DNA from: a virus
Taxonomy: Duplodnaviria; Caudoviricetes
Strand: one strand, 5' to 3'
Length of the DNA stretch: 64,000 nt
Virus record (IMG/VR): IMGVR_UViG_3300009873_000008
Span: 8,944-72,943 of that record
Shown: positions 1-9,156 of the stretch, one piece after another
Position numbering within the stretch: the first letter of the stretch is position 1
Layout of the letters: every line of letters starts with the position of its first letter
The notes under the pieces: generated by a model
Databases searched by the model: none
Told to the model about the DNA's origin: nothing
The model's input: only the letters and a program-made list of their open reading frames with translations
Position numbers and translations under genes: made by a program

Positions 1-626
1 TCGGGCTTGTTCGCCTTCTCGGCCTTGGCCGCTCGGCGTGCCTTGTCGGCTTCGACCTTGGCGATCAGTTTCTGAGCCTCCATGTGGGTCTTCATGAGTC
101 CACGCAGGCGTCCGCGTTTGCGGTTTGGCCGGCCTTCGAGGCGCAGATTGTCTGGATGGCAGTTGGTCGGATCCTTGTCTCGGTAGCGCACAAGCATGCC
201 GATCTCGATCGGTCGCTTCTCGATCCACTCGTACACCATGCGTGCTACCAGGCGCGCGCGACGGCGGTCGCAGGGTGCGGTGGCACGCTTGTAGGTCTGG
301 CCTTGCTGCTTGTAGGTCCGATAGCCCAGGGTCGTCTTCCCGAGGTACAGTGGGAGGACAGAAAGTCCCTTCTGACAGATACTTAGACGGTCCCAGCTGC
401 CCATGGCCAGGGCTCTCTGATCGTCGGAGACGACCAGTTCTTTGCCGTTGTCCAGGCGAACCCGGACGCATGGCTTGACCCCAGCCGCGGTCACCATGAC
501 TCGGCCGACCGTGATCTTCTTCCCGTCCCAGGTGAAGCCGTAGATCGGTTCGTTCCGCGCCAGGAGCATCGCGATCGGAACGTCACCGCTGAGCGTGTGG
601 ACTAGCGTCTCGGCGGCGAAGCTCAC
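1..626 (-). CDS. Intein (HINT)-like protein with degenerate HNH region, no N-extein; truncated by window edge
   Basis: Hand translation from GTG 626 (GTGA overlap with the upstream stop): MSFAAETLVHTLSGDVPIAMLL...VRVRLDNGKELVVSDDQ (intein block A/B-like), then RLVARMVYEWIEKRPIEIGMLVRYRDKDPTNCHPDNLRL (HNH-like); open to position 1; absent from the ORF track. Confidence 0.75.
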   Translation of the reverse strand, partial: MSFAAETLVHTLSGDVPIAMLLARNEPIYGFTWDGKKITVGRVMVTAAGVKPCVRVRLDNGKELVVSDDQRALAMGSWDRLSICQKGLSVLPLYLGKTTLGYRTYKQQGQTYKRATAPCDRRRARLVARMVYEWIEKRPIEIGMLVRYRDKDPTNCHPDNLRLEGRPNRKRGRLRGLMKTHMEAQKLIAKVEADKARRAAKAEKANKP

Positions 627-1069
627 ACCGGCCGTTCCCGGACGATCTTGAAGGCAGTGCGGAGACGATCGTTGAAACTCTTGAAACCGCGCAGGAGCCA
701 AGGCAAGAGAACCGTGACCCGATCGCGGACCACTTCGCGCTTCATGCCCGCCGCGAGTGCCTCCTTCACGACCATCTGAGCGAACTCGTCGGCCAGGGCA
801 CGCGTGTAGCGTCGATCCCCGCTCATCAACAGCGAAAAGTCGAACCGCTGCGAGATGTCTCGCAGCAGGTCATCCACCCGCTCTTCTGCCTCATTCGCGG
901 GGTCTGGCGGTCCGGCGAATGGATCACGGCTGGTCGGCGGGACGAAGGCAACGACGCGCTTCATCTGCGGCTTGCGCCGCGCTATGACCTCGACCAACTG
1001 GAGCGGACGTCGTTGCAGCCGCACCGTCACTCCTTGTAGGGACGCCCATCGACTGCGATAGCGCGCCAA
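623..1069 (-). CDS. Hypothetical protein with LQRRPLQLVE motif
   Basis: 148-aa ORF coupled to the downstream gene. Confidence 0.6.
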   Translation of the reverse strand: MARYRSRWASLQGVTVRLQRRPLQLVEVIARRKPQMKRVVAFVPPTSRDPFAGPPDPANEAEERVDDLLRDISQRFDFSLLMSGDRRYTRALADEFAQMVVKEALAAGMKREVVRDRVTVLLPWLLRGFKSFNDRLRTAFKIVRERPV

Positions 1070-1329
1070 CTCTTCGGAATCTGGTGCATGGCGCGCGCAC
1101 GTTGCACGGCCTGTTTCTCCGTCGAAGCGACAACGGAGATGACTCTGGTATCACCGATCGGAATGCGAAAGGCGACGGCCCTCAGCTTCGCGCGCGCCAG
1201 GTACTGAGCGTGGGTCCGCTGTCCAAGGTCGCGCTTGGACATGGTGTCTCGCTCGCCCGGCAACAGCCGTCCGAACCAGGGGTGCTGGTTCTCCAGGGTC
1301 AGCAGTGGACGTCGGCGCAGCCGCAGCAT
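1027..1329 (-). CDS. Hypothetical protein with N-terminal RRPLLTLE motif
   Basis: 100-aa ORF in a minus-strand run. Confidence 0.6.
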   Translation of the reverse strand: MLRLRRRPLLTLENQHPWFGRLLPGERDTMSKRDLGQRTHAQYLARAKLRAVAFRIPIGDTRVISVVASTEKQAVQRARAMHQIPKSWRAIAVDGRPYKE

Positions 1330-1362
1330 TCCCTGAGAATAGCAGGAAGCCGCGGTCTCGCG

Positions 1363-2013
1363 TCACCCCCCAAGATCGGGCCTGGGTAGCCGGTAGGTAT
1401 CCGACCGCTTCTTGTCGGATTGGGGCCGATTCTCGTCTTGCTGCCAGGTTGAGATTGCGTAGCCGAGCGCGACCTCCAGCGTCTCAGGGTCGAGGAACAG
1501 GCAGTCGATGGTTCCGAACCTGATCTCGATGCCGCCCTGCACTCTCATCTGTTCAGCGGGCGGCAAGCGCAGTGGACCCGATCCGGTCAGGAACCACGTA
1601 CCGTTGGTCGAAGAGGCGTCTTGGATCTTCCACAACCCGGGGTTGGCCTTGGATGCCGTCAGGTAGGCGTGGACCTTCGAGACGGTCGGATGGTCGAAAC
1701 GGATGTCGTTGTTCCGGGCGCGCCCGACGGTAATCGAGTCGAACGGGTTCCGTCGACTCTTGACGACCGGCACCAGCACCGACGTGGGCGTCACGTACGA
1801 GTTGAGCGCTTCCTTGCCCAGGACCACCGCCGTCGTATCGAGCACGGCATCGTCTTCCTCGGGCGGCTTCGGTGTCTGAAACATGAACGCCGAATCTTCG
1901 TGTTCGCCCGCGGCCTTGACCAGGAGTAGCGGCGCGTCGCCCCACAACTTTCGCGCGCCGAAGTCCTTGATCGCGGCAACGTCGCGCAACAACATTCCGT
2001 CCGATGGGGCCAT
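1363..2013 (-). CDS. FHA domain protein
   Basis: GRARNND, SKVHA and STNGT FHA motifs; start set at ATG 2013, 6 nt after TAGAGT. Confidence 0.85.
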   Translation of the reverse strand: MAPSDGMLLRDVAAIKDFGARKLWGDAPLLLVKAAGEHEDSAFMFQTPKPPEEDDAVLDTTAVVLGKEALNSYVTPTSVLVPVVKSRRNPFDSITVGRARNNDIRFDHPTVSKVHAYLTASKANPGLWKIQDASSTNGTWFLTGSGPLRLPPAEQMRVQGGIEIRFGTIDCLFLDPETLEVALGYAISTWQQDENRPQSDKKRSDTYRLPRPDLGG

Positions 2014-2019
2014 ATCCAC

Positions 2020-2028
2020 ACTCTACCC
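2020..2028 (-). promoter_or_regulatory. Putative -10 element (GGG-TAGAGT), leaderless
   Basis: Exactly 6 nt upstream of ATG 2013. Confidence 0.55.
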
Positions 2029-2037
2029 GGCGCTCCC

Positions 2038-2385
2038 CTACAACTGCCAAGCGCTCACTCGCCGCTCGCTCCCAGGCTTGAACACCAGATCAATCGTGAA
2101 GTTGGACGCGGCGTCCAGACTCGCAATCGCGCGCACGGGGTCTTTCAACTGCTCTTGGAGTGACGCACGGCACAGGGCCGCCCACACCCGAAACCCTTCA
2201 CGACTCGGCGCGAGGTTCTTGTTGGCCTCGATGCCCGAGAGAAACTGCGCGAACTCGCCGCTCGTCAGCGTCGCTCCGACAATCTTGGATTCGAGCGGCA
2301 CGGTAGTCGGCAGCAAGCCGCCGCCGACTACACATGCCTCGCAGAAGTAGTCCACGTGCTGGGATTCGAGAATGACCCTCCACAT
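2038..2385 (-). CDS. Hypothetical protein
   Basis: 115-aa ORF with a CEAC motif. Confidence 0.5.
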   Translation of the reverse strand: MWRVILESQHVDYFCEACVVGGGLLPTTVPLESKIVGATLTSGEFAQFLSGIEANKNLAPSREGFRVWAALCRASLQEQLKDPVRAIASLDAASNFTIDLVFKPGSERRVSAWQL

Positions 2386-2394
2386 GGCGAGGTT

Positions 2395-2679
2395 CTACCT
2401 GGCGCGAAAGAATGCCCGCCAGTCATCGACCAGTTCGTCGCCGGTACGGCACCAATGCTTCCAACGGGAGCGAGTCGAGACGCCGTGCTGCGTGCGCTCT
2501 CCGTGTTCGTTCCGGCGTTCCCAGACGACTCCGTCGGGGCGCACCTCGATGACGATGCGTCCGAAGACACGATCGCCGACTTGGACCAGGAACGGTTGAC
2601 CGGACCGCCACGAACGAATCCATCGACCGTCGACGAAGCGGGGGAGACGGTGACGCCCGTTGGGGCACGTACATGACAT
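2395..2679 (-). CDS. Hypothetical protein
   Basis: ORF from MSCTCPNGRH; start uncertain. Confidence 0.45.
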   Translation of the reverse strand: MSCTCPNGRHRLPRFVDGRWIRSWRSGQPFLVQVGDRVFGRIVIEVRPDGVVWERRNEHGERTQHGVSTRSRWKHWCRTGDELVDDWRAFFRAR

Positions 2680-2747
2680 GACGACTCCTACTGCGCCCAC
2701 TGGCGCGAAACAAAGTAGGAGTCGTCATGGAGCAGCCGACGTGGCTA

Positions 2748-3053
2748 CTAGATGTATGCCTGGAAGGGCGAGACCTCGGCCGGCACCGAGGCGAGCCGAA
2801 CCGGCTGCCGGTCGCGGACCTTGCCGAAGAGTTGGAAGCGGCGGACCATGTTCGCCACCTGGTCGAGCGGGACACCCGCCGCGGTCGTGATCGTCACCTG
2901 GCTGATGACGCCGTTGGTGTACGTGTAGGCGAGCGTGATGTTCTTCTCCCGACTCGGCAACGGAACCACCGACGAGTCGACGCGGGTCTTGATCTGATCC
3001 ACGGCGTGCTGAGGGACCGACGCGCCGGAGACGTCCAGGACGATGCTGGCCAT
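2748..3053 (-). CDS. Hypothetical protein
   Basis: 101-aa ORF, protein-like composition, GGAGG SD upstream. Confidence 0.6.
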   Translation of the reverse strand: MASIVLDVSGASVPQHAVDQIKTRVDSSVVPLPSREKNITLAYTYTNGVISQVTITTAAGVPLDQVANMVRRFQLFGKVRDRQPVRLASVPAEVSPFQAYI

Positions 3054-3074
3054 AGTGTTCCTCCCACCGTGAGC

Positions 3075-4067
3075 CTACACAACGTCGGCCTGAATCGTCT
3101 CGGACTTCTCGGCCTTCTCGACCACCGCCTTACCCCAGCAACACTCGCCGATCCACCCGCCCTCCGGGGCTTTGTGTGAACCAGCTGCCGGAACGACCTG
3201 TTGGCAACTACCGCAGCGTACGCGTCTCGTTCGCTTGGGCTTGGGCGGGAGCGGCGGAATCGGATGATCGCTCCGACCGCGTCTCGCCTGGTCGATCTCG
3301 TGCTGGAGCTTCTGTGCGGCCAGCACTGCCCGAAGTTGATCGGCCAGGACCCGCGCAGCGGCTACGAAGTCGAGTTCTCCGGCGGAGACGATCGTCTGCT
3401 CGAAGTGCTCGGTCAGCGTACGGGAAGTGAGGAAATAGGTTACCAGGTCCCGGCCTGTGTGCAGCCGACTATCGGGCATGCGACCACTGCGCACTCGCTC
3501 CAACACGGTCGAGATGGCGTGCTCAACCGCGTCGAGAGGAGCCGCACCATTGTTCATCGACGCGAGCAGTTCGATCGCGCACAGGCGCACAGACTCGGAT
3601 CGCATCACCCGCACGTAGCTCGTGCCCCAGTCCCGAGAGAACAGAGTGCGGGCCAGCTTTTCCGACGGCTGCACCGTCGTCTTGTCGAGCGCCGTCGAGA
3701 ACTCACGCACGTGACCGGCGTAGAAGTCGACCTGCTGAGTCACGAACTCGGCCACGATCTGCGCCGGGTCCTTCGTGACGAGCAGACGGCGCGCCTGCTC
3801 GGCCTTGGACTCCTCTTCGAGTTGCTTGAAGAGCGCCTTAGAGATCTTCTTGTGGCCGGTCAGACCGACCACCTCAAACTCCTGCGACCAGCGTTCCGCA
3901 GCCGGACGATTGACGTCGGTCGGTGCGAGCGTGCAGAAGAAGACCGGGTCTTCGATGTAGGAAGCCCACTTCGTCTTGATGCGATCGACGGGAAGCACCG
4001 TCTTGCAGGCGACGAGTTCCCACGTGAGCCCGTGGCGCAGCGCCCAGAACTGCCTTCTTCTCGACAT
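3075..4067 (-). CDS. Hypothetical protein with C-terminal Cys cluster
   Basis: 330 aa; CGSC...ECC near the C-terminus. Confidence 0.7.
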   Translation of the reverse strand: MSRRRQFWALRHGLTWELVACKTVLPVDRIKTKWASYIEDPVFFCTLAPTDVNRPAAERWSQEFEVVGLTGHKKISKALFKQLEEESKAEQARRLLVTKDPAQIVAEFVTQQVDFYAGHVREFSTALDKTTVQPSEKLARTLFSRDWGTSYVRVMRSESVRLCAIELLASMNNGAAPLDAVEHAISTVLERVRSGRMPDSRLHTGRDLVTYFLTSRTLTEHFEQTIVSAGELDFVAAARVLADQLRAVLAAQKLQHEIDQARRGRSDHPIPPLPPKPKRTRRVRCGSCQQVVPAAGSHKAPEGGWIGECCWGKAVVEKAEKSETIQADVV

Positions 4068-4387
4068 CAGATCCTCTCCGCAATCATGTCGTCAGCCTGG
4101 TTCAGTAGCTCGGCCGCTTGGCGCAGACAGTCTCGTAGCTCAGTAGTGAGCCGCGGGCTGTCCGAGAGCGCCCGAGCCCGACTCGCCAGCGCGGCGAGAT
4201 CGCGGGCGAGATGTCCAACCTCGGCTGTGTCGTCCGTGTCGGGGTCCTCGGTCGCGAAGCGCTCGTACATGTTCAGCGCCGCGTGATCCGCGCGTGCGTC
4301 TTGCTGGCACGCGCAGTCGGGGCGCGGAAAGTAACTGCAAAAGCCGCACGCCTGAGCCGCTGCCGCGAGTCGTTGCTCCAGAGTCAT
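4067..4387 (-). CDS. Hypothetical protein (Cys motif plus helical region)
   Basis: ATG 4387 with GAGGAG SD; GGG-TAAGAC at 4401-4409. Confidence 0.6.
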   Translation of the reverse strand: MTLEQRLAAAAQACGFCSYFPRPDCACQQDARADHAALNMYERFATEDPDTDDTAEVGHLARDLAALASRARALSDSPRLTTELRDCLRQAAELLNQADDMIAERI

Positions 4388-4506
4388 AGTCGCTCTCCTC
4401 GTCTTACCCACAGTCGCGGAGCGATCTCTTACGCCGCGCCATCAACTTCGCGGGCTTGACGTCGCGGTGGGTACAAATCTCGTTGGCACAGAAGGTTAAG
4501 AAACTT

Positions 4507-4535
4507 CTGTAAGTCCTCGGCCTTGACCTGTGAGT
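4507..4535 (+). promoter_or_regulatory. Direct-repeat element CTGTAAGT / CTGTGAGT, 21-bp period
   Basis: Same two octamers with the same spacing at 13639-13667; both precede plus-strand operons. Confidence 0.5.
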
Positions 4536-4555
4536 GAGCAGGAAGGACGGACGAC

Positions 4556-4819
4556 ATGAGCAAGAGCAGCGAGACCAAGCGGGTTCGGGCGGCGAGGAAG
4601 AGCATGGACGCGACGCGCGCCGCGCTCGCCGCGCTTGAGGCAGTGCTGGAGAGTCGCCTCAAGGCGGTGAGCGCCGTGTACGGCGCCAAGCTCCACCCGA
4701 AGCATCTGGACTCGGTTCGTGTCCTGCTGGAGGCCGAGCGCGCCGAGGTGACCACCCGGCTGGAGATGGCCACCGAAGAGTACACCAAGCTCCGCGACCT
4801 CTACGGCGACGCCGAGTAG
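4556..4819 (+). CDS. Hypothetical coiled-coil protein
   Basis: 87 aa, strong G/C third-position codon bias. Confidence 0.65.
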   Translation: MSKSSETKRVRAARKSMDATRAALAALEAVLESRLKAVSAVYGAKLHPKHLDSVRVLLEAERAEVTTRLEMATEEYTKLRDLYGDAE

Positions 4820-4865
4820 CAGCCGATTCACCGACCGATCATTCATTCACCCCAACGAAAGGCAA

Positions 4866-5225
4866 ATGACCATGACTGTTCCGCTCGATAAGGTGCTGGC
4901 CGACGCTGTGAATCCCGAGGGGATCACCCCTCTCTCCGCTGGTGCGGTGCTCTGCGCCGAGATCCGGCAGGGCCTCCGGCGCGTGCTCAAGGCGCACGAT
5001 CCCGAGGGCTACGCCGCCTACAAGCGCCTCAAGTACCCCGAGGGGAAGGACGCGGGCAAGTCGACCGAGCACCGGATCGAGGCGACCAAGTTCCTGTTCG
5101 ACCGGGTCCGTGACCTGCTCCTGCCCTACTACATCCCGTTCCCCGCCGTCGCGACGGACGAGGAGCCCGAGGAGGGGGAGCCCGAGCCGCACGACGCCTA
5201 CGACCTCGACTACGACAACGAGTGA
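4866..5225 (+). CDS. Hypothetical protein with acidic tail
   Basis: 119 aa, codon bias. Confidence 0.65.
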   Translation: MTMTVPLDKVLADAVNPEGITPLSAGAVLCAEIRQGLRRVLKAHDPEGYAAYKRLKYPEGKDAGKSTEHRIEATKFLFDRVRDLLLPYYIPFPAVATDEEPEEGEPEPHDAYDLDYDNE

Positions 5226-5271
5226 GGAACAGATGAAGCGCTTTCACGCTCGCGCGCCACCACGAGTGACG

Positions 5272-5280
5272 GGGTAGAAC
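5272..5280 (+). promoter_or_regulatory. Putative -10 element GGG-TAGAAC
   Basis: Recurrent motif; short leader with GGAG before ATG 5302. Confidence 0.5.
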
Positions 5281-5301
5281 CACGGTGGAAAGGCCGGAGA
5301 C

Positions 5302-5787
5302 ATGATCCACCCCAGCGAGACCCCGGTGCCTCTTGGAATCTCTCCCGAACTGGTAGACGTGATCCGCACCGCGGTCGCGACTACCGCGAAGCCGGAGGGC
5401 TGGCGCGACTCCGAGTACGCCATGACGAAGGTGTCGGCCAACGAGGCGCTGCGATCGATCACCGAGGCGGAGGCTGCACACACGCAGCCCCGCCTCACGA
5501 TCTTTCAGTGGGGCGTCCTCAAGGGCGAGATCGCGCGCTACTGGAAGCACAGGCGTGGACCGCCCCGGGACATGGCGTTTGCCGCCTTCACCGCGCTCGA
5601 AGCCGGATTGCGTGCGGCCCCCGAGGCGAAGGAAGCGCTGATCGAACTGGCCGCCGAAGAGGATGCCGCCCGGCGAGTGGTCGAGGCCGAGATGTCCCTC
5701 ACCGTCGCCCAGGAGAACCTGGATCGAGTCCGGCGTGAGCAGGAAGAGCGCCGCCGCTCCACCTCGGAGCGTCATCGGATCTCCTGA
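5302..5787 (+). CDS. Hypothetical protein with C-terminal coiled coil
   Basis: 161 aa, SD and promoter motif. Confidence 0.65.
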   Translation: MIHPSETPVPLGISPELVDVIRTAVATTAKPEGWRDSEYAMTKVSANEALRSITEAEAAHTQPRLTIFQWGVLKGEIARYWKHRRGPPRDMAFAAFTALEAGLRAAPEAKEALIELAAEEDAARRVVEAEMSLTVAQENLDRVRREQEERRRSTSERHRIS

Positions 5788-6117
5788 GTGACACCCGAAG
5801 AGCGCACGCCTGAGTGGATGGCCGATGCCATCATGGTTGTGCTGCGCAAAGAACCCAATCTGACCGAGCGGTTCGGGATCCGCACGTTGGTCCTGGCTCT
5901 CCTCAAGGGCGAGGCGGACATTGAAGAGCGCCCGTGCAGGAAGACCAACGCCTGGGACCGCGACCACCTCTGCGGATTCGGTGGCGCACCTGGGAAAGTC
6001 AGAGTGACGTGCGAGCGCAGCGGCGGACTCCTCTACGACGAGATCCGAGACTGCGAGACGTGCCGGGGCACCGGCACAGAGCGCCGACTCAAGTACCGCT
6101 ACCAGGCGTACGATTGA
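5788..6117 (+). CDS. Hypothetical protein with DnaJ-like CxxCxGxG motif
   Basis: CETCRGTG. Confidence 0.55.
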   Translation: MTPEERTPEWMADAIMVVLRKEPNLTERFGIRTLVLALLKGEADIEERPCRKTNAWDRDHLCGFGGAPGKVRVTCERSGGLLYDEIRDCETCRGTGTERRLKYRYQAYD

Positions 6118-6508
6118 GTTCAGCGATTGAGCCGACCAGGTCGACCACTGGCCACACGATCACGAATCGCGGTGTCTCGTCTCCGTAGTCCCGCACTACA
6201 GCGTGAGCGAGGAGCAAGTTCTCGCGCTCGTTACGGGCTCTCGCCAACGCAATCGCATCGTCGATCGAAGCGAAGCGCGTCGCTTGGTCGAACTCGGTAG
6301 TCGCGATCGAGTCGGCACGACGGAGCGGACCATCGCGAAGAGTCCAGCCGGCGAGCAGACGAACGTCACACTCACTTGAGATCTGCGCGGCCGGATCGAG
6401 GCGACAGACGAAACGATGCGAGAGGGCAAGGCTCAAACGAACCTCCCCTCTCAGCACCTTGTCCCTGGGAATGTGAGGAAAGACGAGCAACAGGAACGGT
6501 CGGCTCAC
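6089..6508 (-). CDS. Hypothetical protein with C-terminal tag VVDLVGSIA
   Basis: 139 aa, overlaps the upstream stop. Confidence 0.55.
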   Translation of the reverse strand: MSRPFLLLVFPHIPRDKVLRGEVRLSLALSHRFVCRLDPAAQISSECDVRLLAGWTLRDGPLRRADSIATTEFDQATRFASIDDAIALARARNERENLLLAHAVVRDYGDETPRFVIVWPVVDLVGSIAELNRTPGSGT

Positions 6509-7008
6509 GACAGCGCGCGACGCACCGCCGAGATCAGCGCAACCACCGACTCCTGGCTCTGCCCGAAGGCAGTGTTGCTGCCCACTGCCGCCGTCACGAT
6601 CGCCGAGATCGCCGAGAGCCGCGCAGCCGACTCAACGCCGTTCGATCCGTCCAGCACGGGGGTCGGCGCCGCGGCCGTTGCGGGTGCGAGCGCGGGACGA
6701 CCGCGACGACCGCCACCGACACGGGGCTCGCGCGCGGGGCGTCTGAGCGCCGCGTTCTTGTCGTCGAGCAGCATCTCGGGCGGATCGCCAGCGATCAGAT
6801 CCTTGATCCGCTGCTGGACCGACAGCATCGCGTTGGCGCGCCCACCTTGCCAGTTGTGCCAGGTGCTGTTGGTCACGCCGAGGAAGTGCGCGAGGCGCTT
6901 CTTCGGGATGCCGTACTTGGCCCGCCACGCGTCCAGGTCACCGAAGGTGACGCCGGTCCACTCCGGCTTCTTCTTGCTCTTGATGCTCAGTCGCTTCTTC
7001 TTGGCCAT
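6505..7008 (-). CDS. XRE-like HTH DNA-binding protein
   Basis: LDAWRAKYGIPKKRLAHFLGVTNSTWHNWQGG; GGG-TAGAAC at 7039-7047. Confidence 0.65.
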   Translation of the reverse strand: MAKKKRLSIKSKKKPEWTGVTFGDLDAWRAKYGIPKKRLAHFLGVTNSTWHNWQGGRANAMLSVQQRIKDLIAGDPPEMLLDDKNAALRRPAREPRVGGGRRGRPALAPATAAAPTPVLDGSNGVESAARLSAISAIVTAAVGSNTAFGQSQESVVALISAVRRALS

Positions 7009-7041
7009 CGGGTCCTCGCTTCCGCGTCCTCACTGCGGGTT

Positions 7042-7524
7042 CTACCCTCGCGCGGATCGAGTCGATGAGCCTTTCCGCTTCTTCTTGTCGAGGGCACCGA
7101 TCGTGTCGACGACAGAGACATTCAGCCAACGGGAGAGAGCGCTGAGTCGAGCGTAGAACGCTTCGTGAGTCGTCGTTGACATGGCCCCCCGAAAGGGCCT
7201 CCGTTGTTCCTGGTTGGCCGCTCGAATGAACTCGACGGCCTCGGCGACTCCGGGCATCCCATCCGCCGGTTCGCGCGAGAAGGTAAGCCTGGCCTCGTCC
7301 CCTCGGGTAGCCACGTTGATGGCTCGACTGATCGTCTTGTGAATCAGTCCAAGCTGCTTGTAGCGCATCAGCACAGCGATCCCCGGCGTAACTGTAAAGC
7401 TGACAGCGATCGGATCGGATTGGATGGCCGCCTTCCGCTTCAAGGTTCCTCCGTAATTGTCCGCTATGTAAGAACTAAGCGAGTCCAGCTGCTCAGGACC
7501 GGTGTCGCTCAAGCCACCGCTCAA
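7042..7524 (-). CDS. Accessory paralog family A protein
   Basis: Shares SDPxxVSFT, RLTFSR and RWLNxxxVxxIGA[LM]DKK with 8197..8559; start uncertain. Confidence 0.6.
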   Translation of the reverse strand: MSGGLSDTGPEQLDSLSSYIADNYGGTLKRKAAIQSDPIAVSFTVTPGIAVLMRYKQLGLIHKTISRAINVATRGDEARLTFSREPADGMPGVAEAVEFIRAANQEQRRPFRGAMSTTTHEAFYARLSALSRWLNVSVVDTIGALDKKKRKGSSTRSARG

Positions 7525-7822
7525 GCCGGATGAGCAGCCGCCTGGCCTGTCTTACCAGGCTCTCGACCGCCTCGTCGTCCTCGGCCAAGTGGGCGCGGCC
7601 GATCTCGTGAGCGAGCCAGTCGGGCAACAGCAGCCAGTGGGACATGCAGAAGAGCCGCGGGCGCAACACCTGCGCCTCGCAGCCCTCGGCGCAGCAGTCT
7701 TCGACGACACCGCCCATCCGTATACGTTGCCCCACGGCCGTCCAATCACTCCAATGAAAACAGCGGCGGTGGTAGCTAGACTGGAGACGGTCAGCGAGGT
7801 GTGCGCCTACCGTTTTCCCCAC
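7493..7822 (-). CDS. Small Cys/His zinc-finger-like protein
   Basis: CCAEGC...FCMSHW; start uncertain. Confidence 0.45.
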   Translation of the reverse strand: MGKTVGAHLADRLQSSYHRRCFHWSDWTAVGQRIRMGGVVEDCCAEGCEAQVLRPRLFCMSHWLLLPDWLAHEIGRAHLAEDDEAVESLVRQARRLLIRLERWLERHRS

Positions 7823-7948
7823 TTTCCCCCTTTATTCGGTTGGAGCCTCTGTAGCTGATCCCGGGCGATCGTCTTTGAGCTTTGATTACCCCAACCTAGA
7901 CTAACGGACGATCACTCCCTCGCTGTGTTGGCGAGGAGCCCGGTTTGG

Positions 7949-8200
7949 TTATCGCCGTCGCGCCTTCTTGCGCTGCTTATTGCGCTTCCCGACCTTCTTG
8001 CGCGTCTTGCGCGTCTTTCGACTCGCGGTCGCGGGAGCACCACACTCCGGCGACGTTGGGGTCCGCCGGCCGTTCGCGAGATAGTAGACCCAGCGCCCAT
8101 CTTCCGCGTCGTTGCGGGCCGCGCACCATCGTCGCGCGGCGCCGCAGCACGCACAGACCTGCACGATGAACCACTCCCGATCGACCCACTCGTGCGTCAT
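7949..8200 (-). CDS. Small basic protein with Cys motif
   Basis: ATGA overlap at 8197-8200; CACC; Lys/Arg-rich tail. Confidence 0.5.
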   Translation of the reverse strand: MTHEWVDREWFIVQVCACCGAARRWCAARNDAEDGRWVYYLANGRRTPTSPECGAPATASRKTRKTRKKVGKRNKQRKKARRR

Positions 8201-8559
8201 GAGTTTTCCTTCTTGTCCATGGCGCCGATGATCGAGACAGCGTCGTAGTTCAGCCACCGCCTGATCGCCCACGCGCGGCGCGAGAACCCCTGACGAGTTG
8301 CCGGACTGATCCTACGCGCTTTGTCCTCACTACAGATGCGCAGGAAGGGGAGCAAGCTCTCCGCGTCTGCCACATCGAGATACCCCGGCAGCCTTGAGAA
8401 AGTCAGGCGGCCCGAGTCGTCCAGCATGGCTCGAATGGTCTGCCTCCATTCGGTCTTGGTCACGTCCTTCATGGACAACATCAGCGTAGCCCGCATCACG
8501 TCAGACAGCGTGAAGGACACCGTAACTGGATCGCTGCTCATCGACCTCCGTCTGGCCAC
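8197..8559 (-). CDS. Accessory paralog family A protein
   Basis: Similar to 7042..7524; TAGGAC 6 nt upstream of GTG. Confidence 0.65.
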   Translation of the reverse strand: MARRRSMSSDPVTVSFTLSDVMRATLMLSMKDVTKTEWRQTIRAMLDDSGRLTFSRLPGYLDVADAESLLPFLRICSEDKARRISPATRQGFSRRAWAIRRWLNYDAVSIIGAMDKKENS

Positions 8560-8589
8560 GACTCAGTCCTACCAGGGTATGACGACGGG
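8560..8589. promoter_or_regulatory. Back-to-back divergent -10 elements
   Basis: TGG-TAGGAC (minus, 8566-8574) and GGG-TATGAC (plus, 8575-8583), each 6 nt from a GTG start. Confidence 0.6.
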
Positions 8590-9156
8590 GTGAATCCGAC
8601 GCTGATCGAACAGAACGACGAGCCCTGGCTGCTCCTGGGGCTCGATACACGGTTCGAGACCGACGTGAAGCCCACCGGGATGTTCCTTGGCCTCTCGGGC
8701 CGCATCGTCATAGCCGACACCGGTTCGGACCTGATCGCCAGCGTAGCGAGCCTGGACAGCGACCCCGACAAGCTGCTGCGCTTTCCGGTTGTGGTCTCGA
8801 CCTACCGATCCAGACAGGTCGATATGTGGGTGTGCCACATGACTCACGCCCGGCGTCAGCGGTTCGGTGGTGCGTTTGACCTCCTACGGTTCTCGGGCTA
8901 CGACTGGGCTCCGGCGAGCATGGTTCGCGGTGTCGGAGCCGATGCCGCCGAAGCGACGCGCAGCTACATCCGCCAGATCGCCGGCTACAACACCGGTCAG
9001 TCGTGGCAGATCGTCCCGCTGATCGTCGCCGCGGCCGAAGGTGACGGACGTCCCGGGCCCCGCGTCCTCGAACGCGCGCTAGCGTGTTTCCTGAAGACAG
9101 GCCGCGTTACCGACATGACGCGCCGCTATTCCACGAAGTTCACGAGACCGCAGTGA
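8590..9156 (+). CDS. Accessory paralog family B protein
   Basis: LIASVASLD tag followed by FPVVV; QIVPLIV. Confidence 0.6.
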   Translation: MNPTLIEQNDEPWLLLGLDTRFETDVKPTGMFLGLSGRIVIADTGSDLIASVASLDSDPDKLLRFPVVVSTYRSRQVDMWVCHMTHARRQRFGGAFDLLRFSGYDWAPASMVRGVGADAAEATRSYIRQIAGYNTGQSWQIVPLIVAAAEGDGRPGPRVLERALACFLKTGRVTDMTRRYSTKFTRPQ

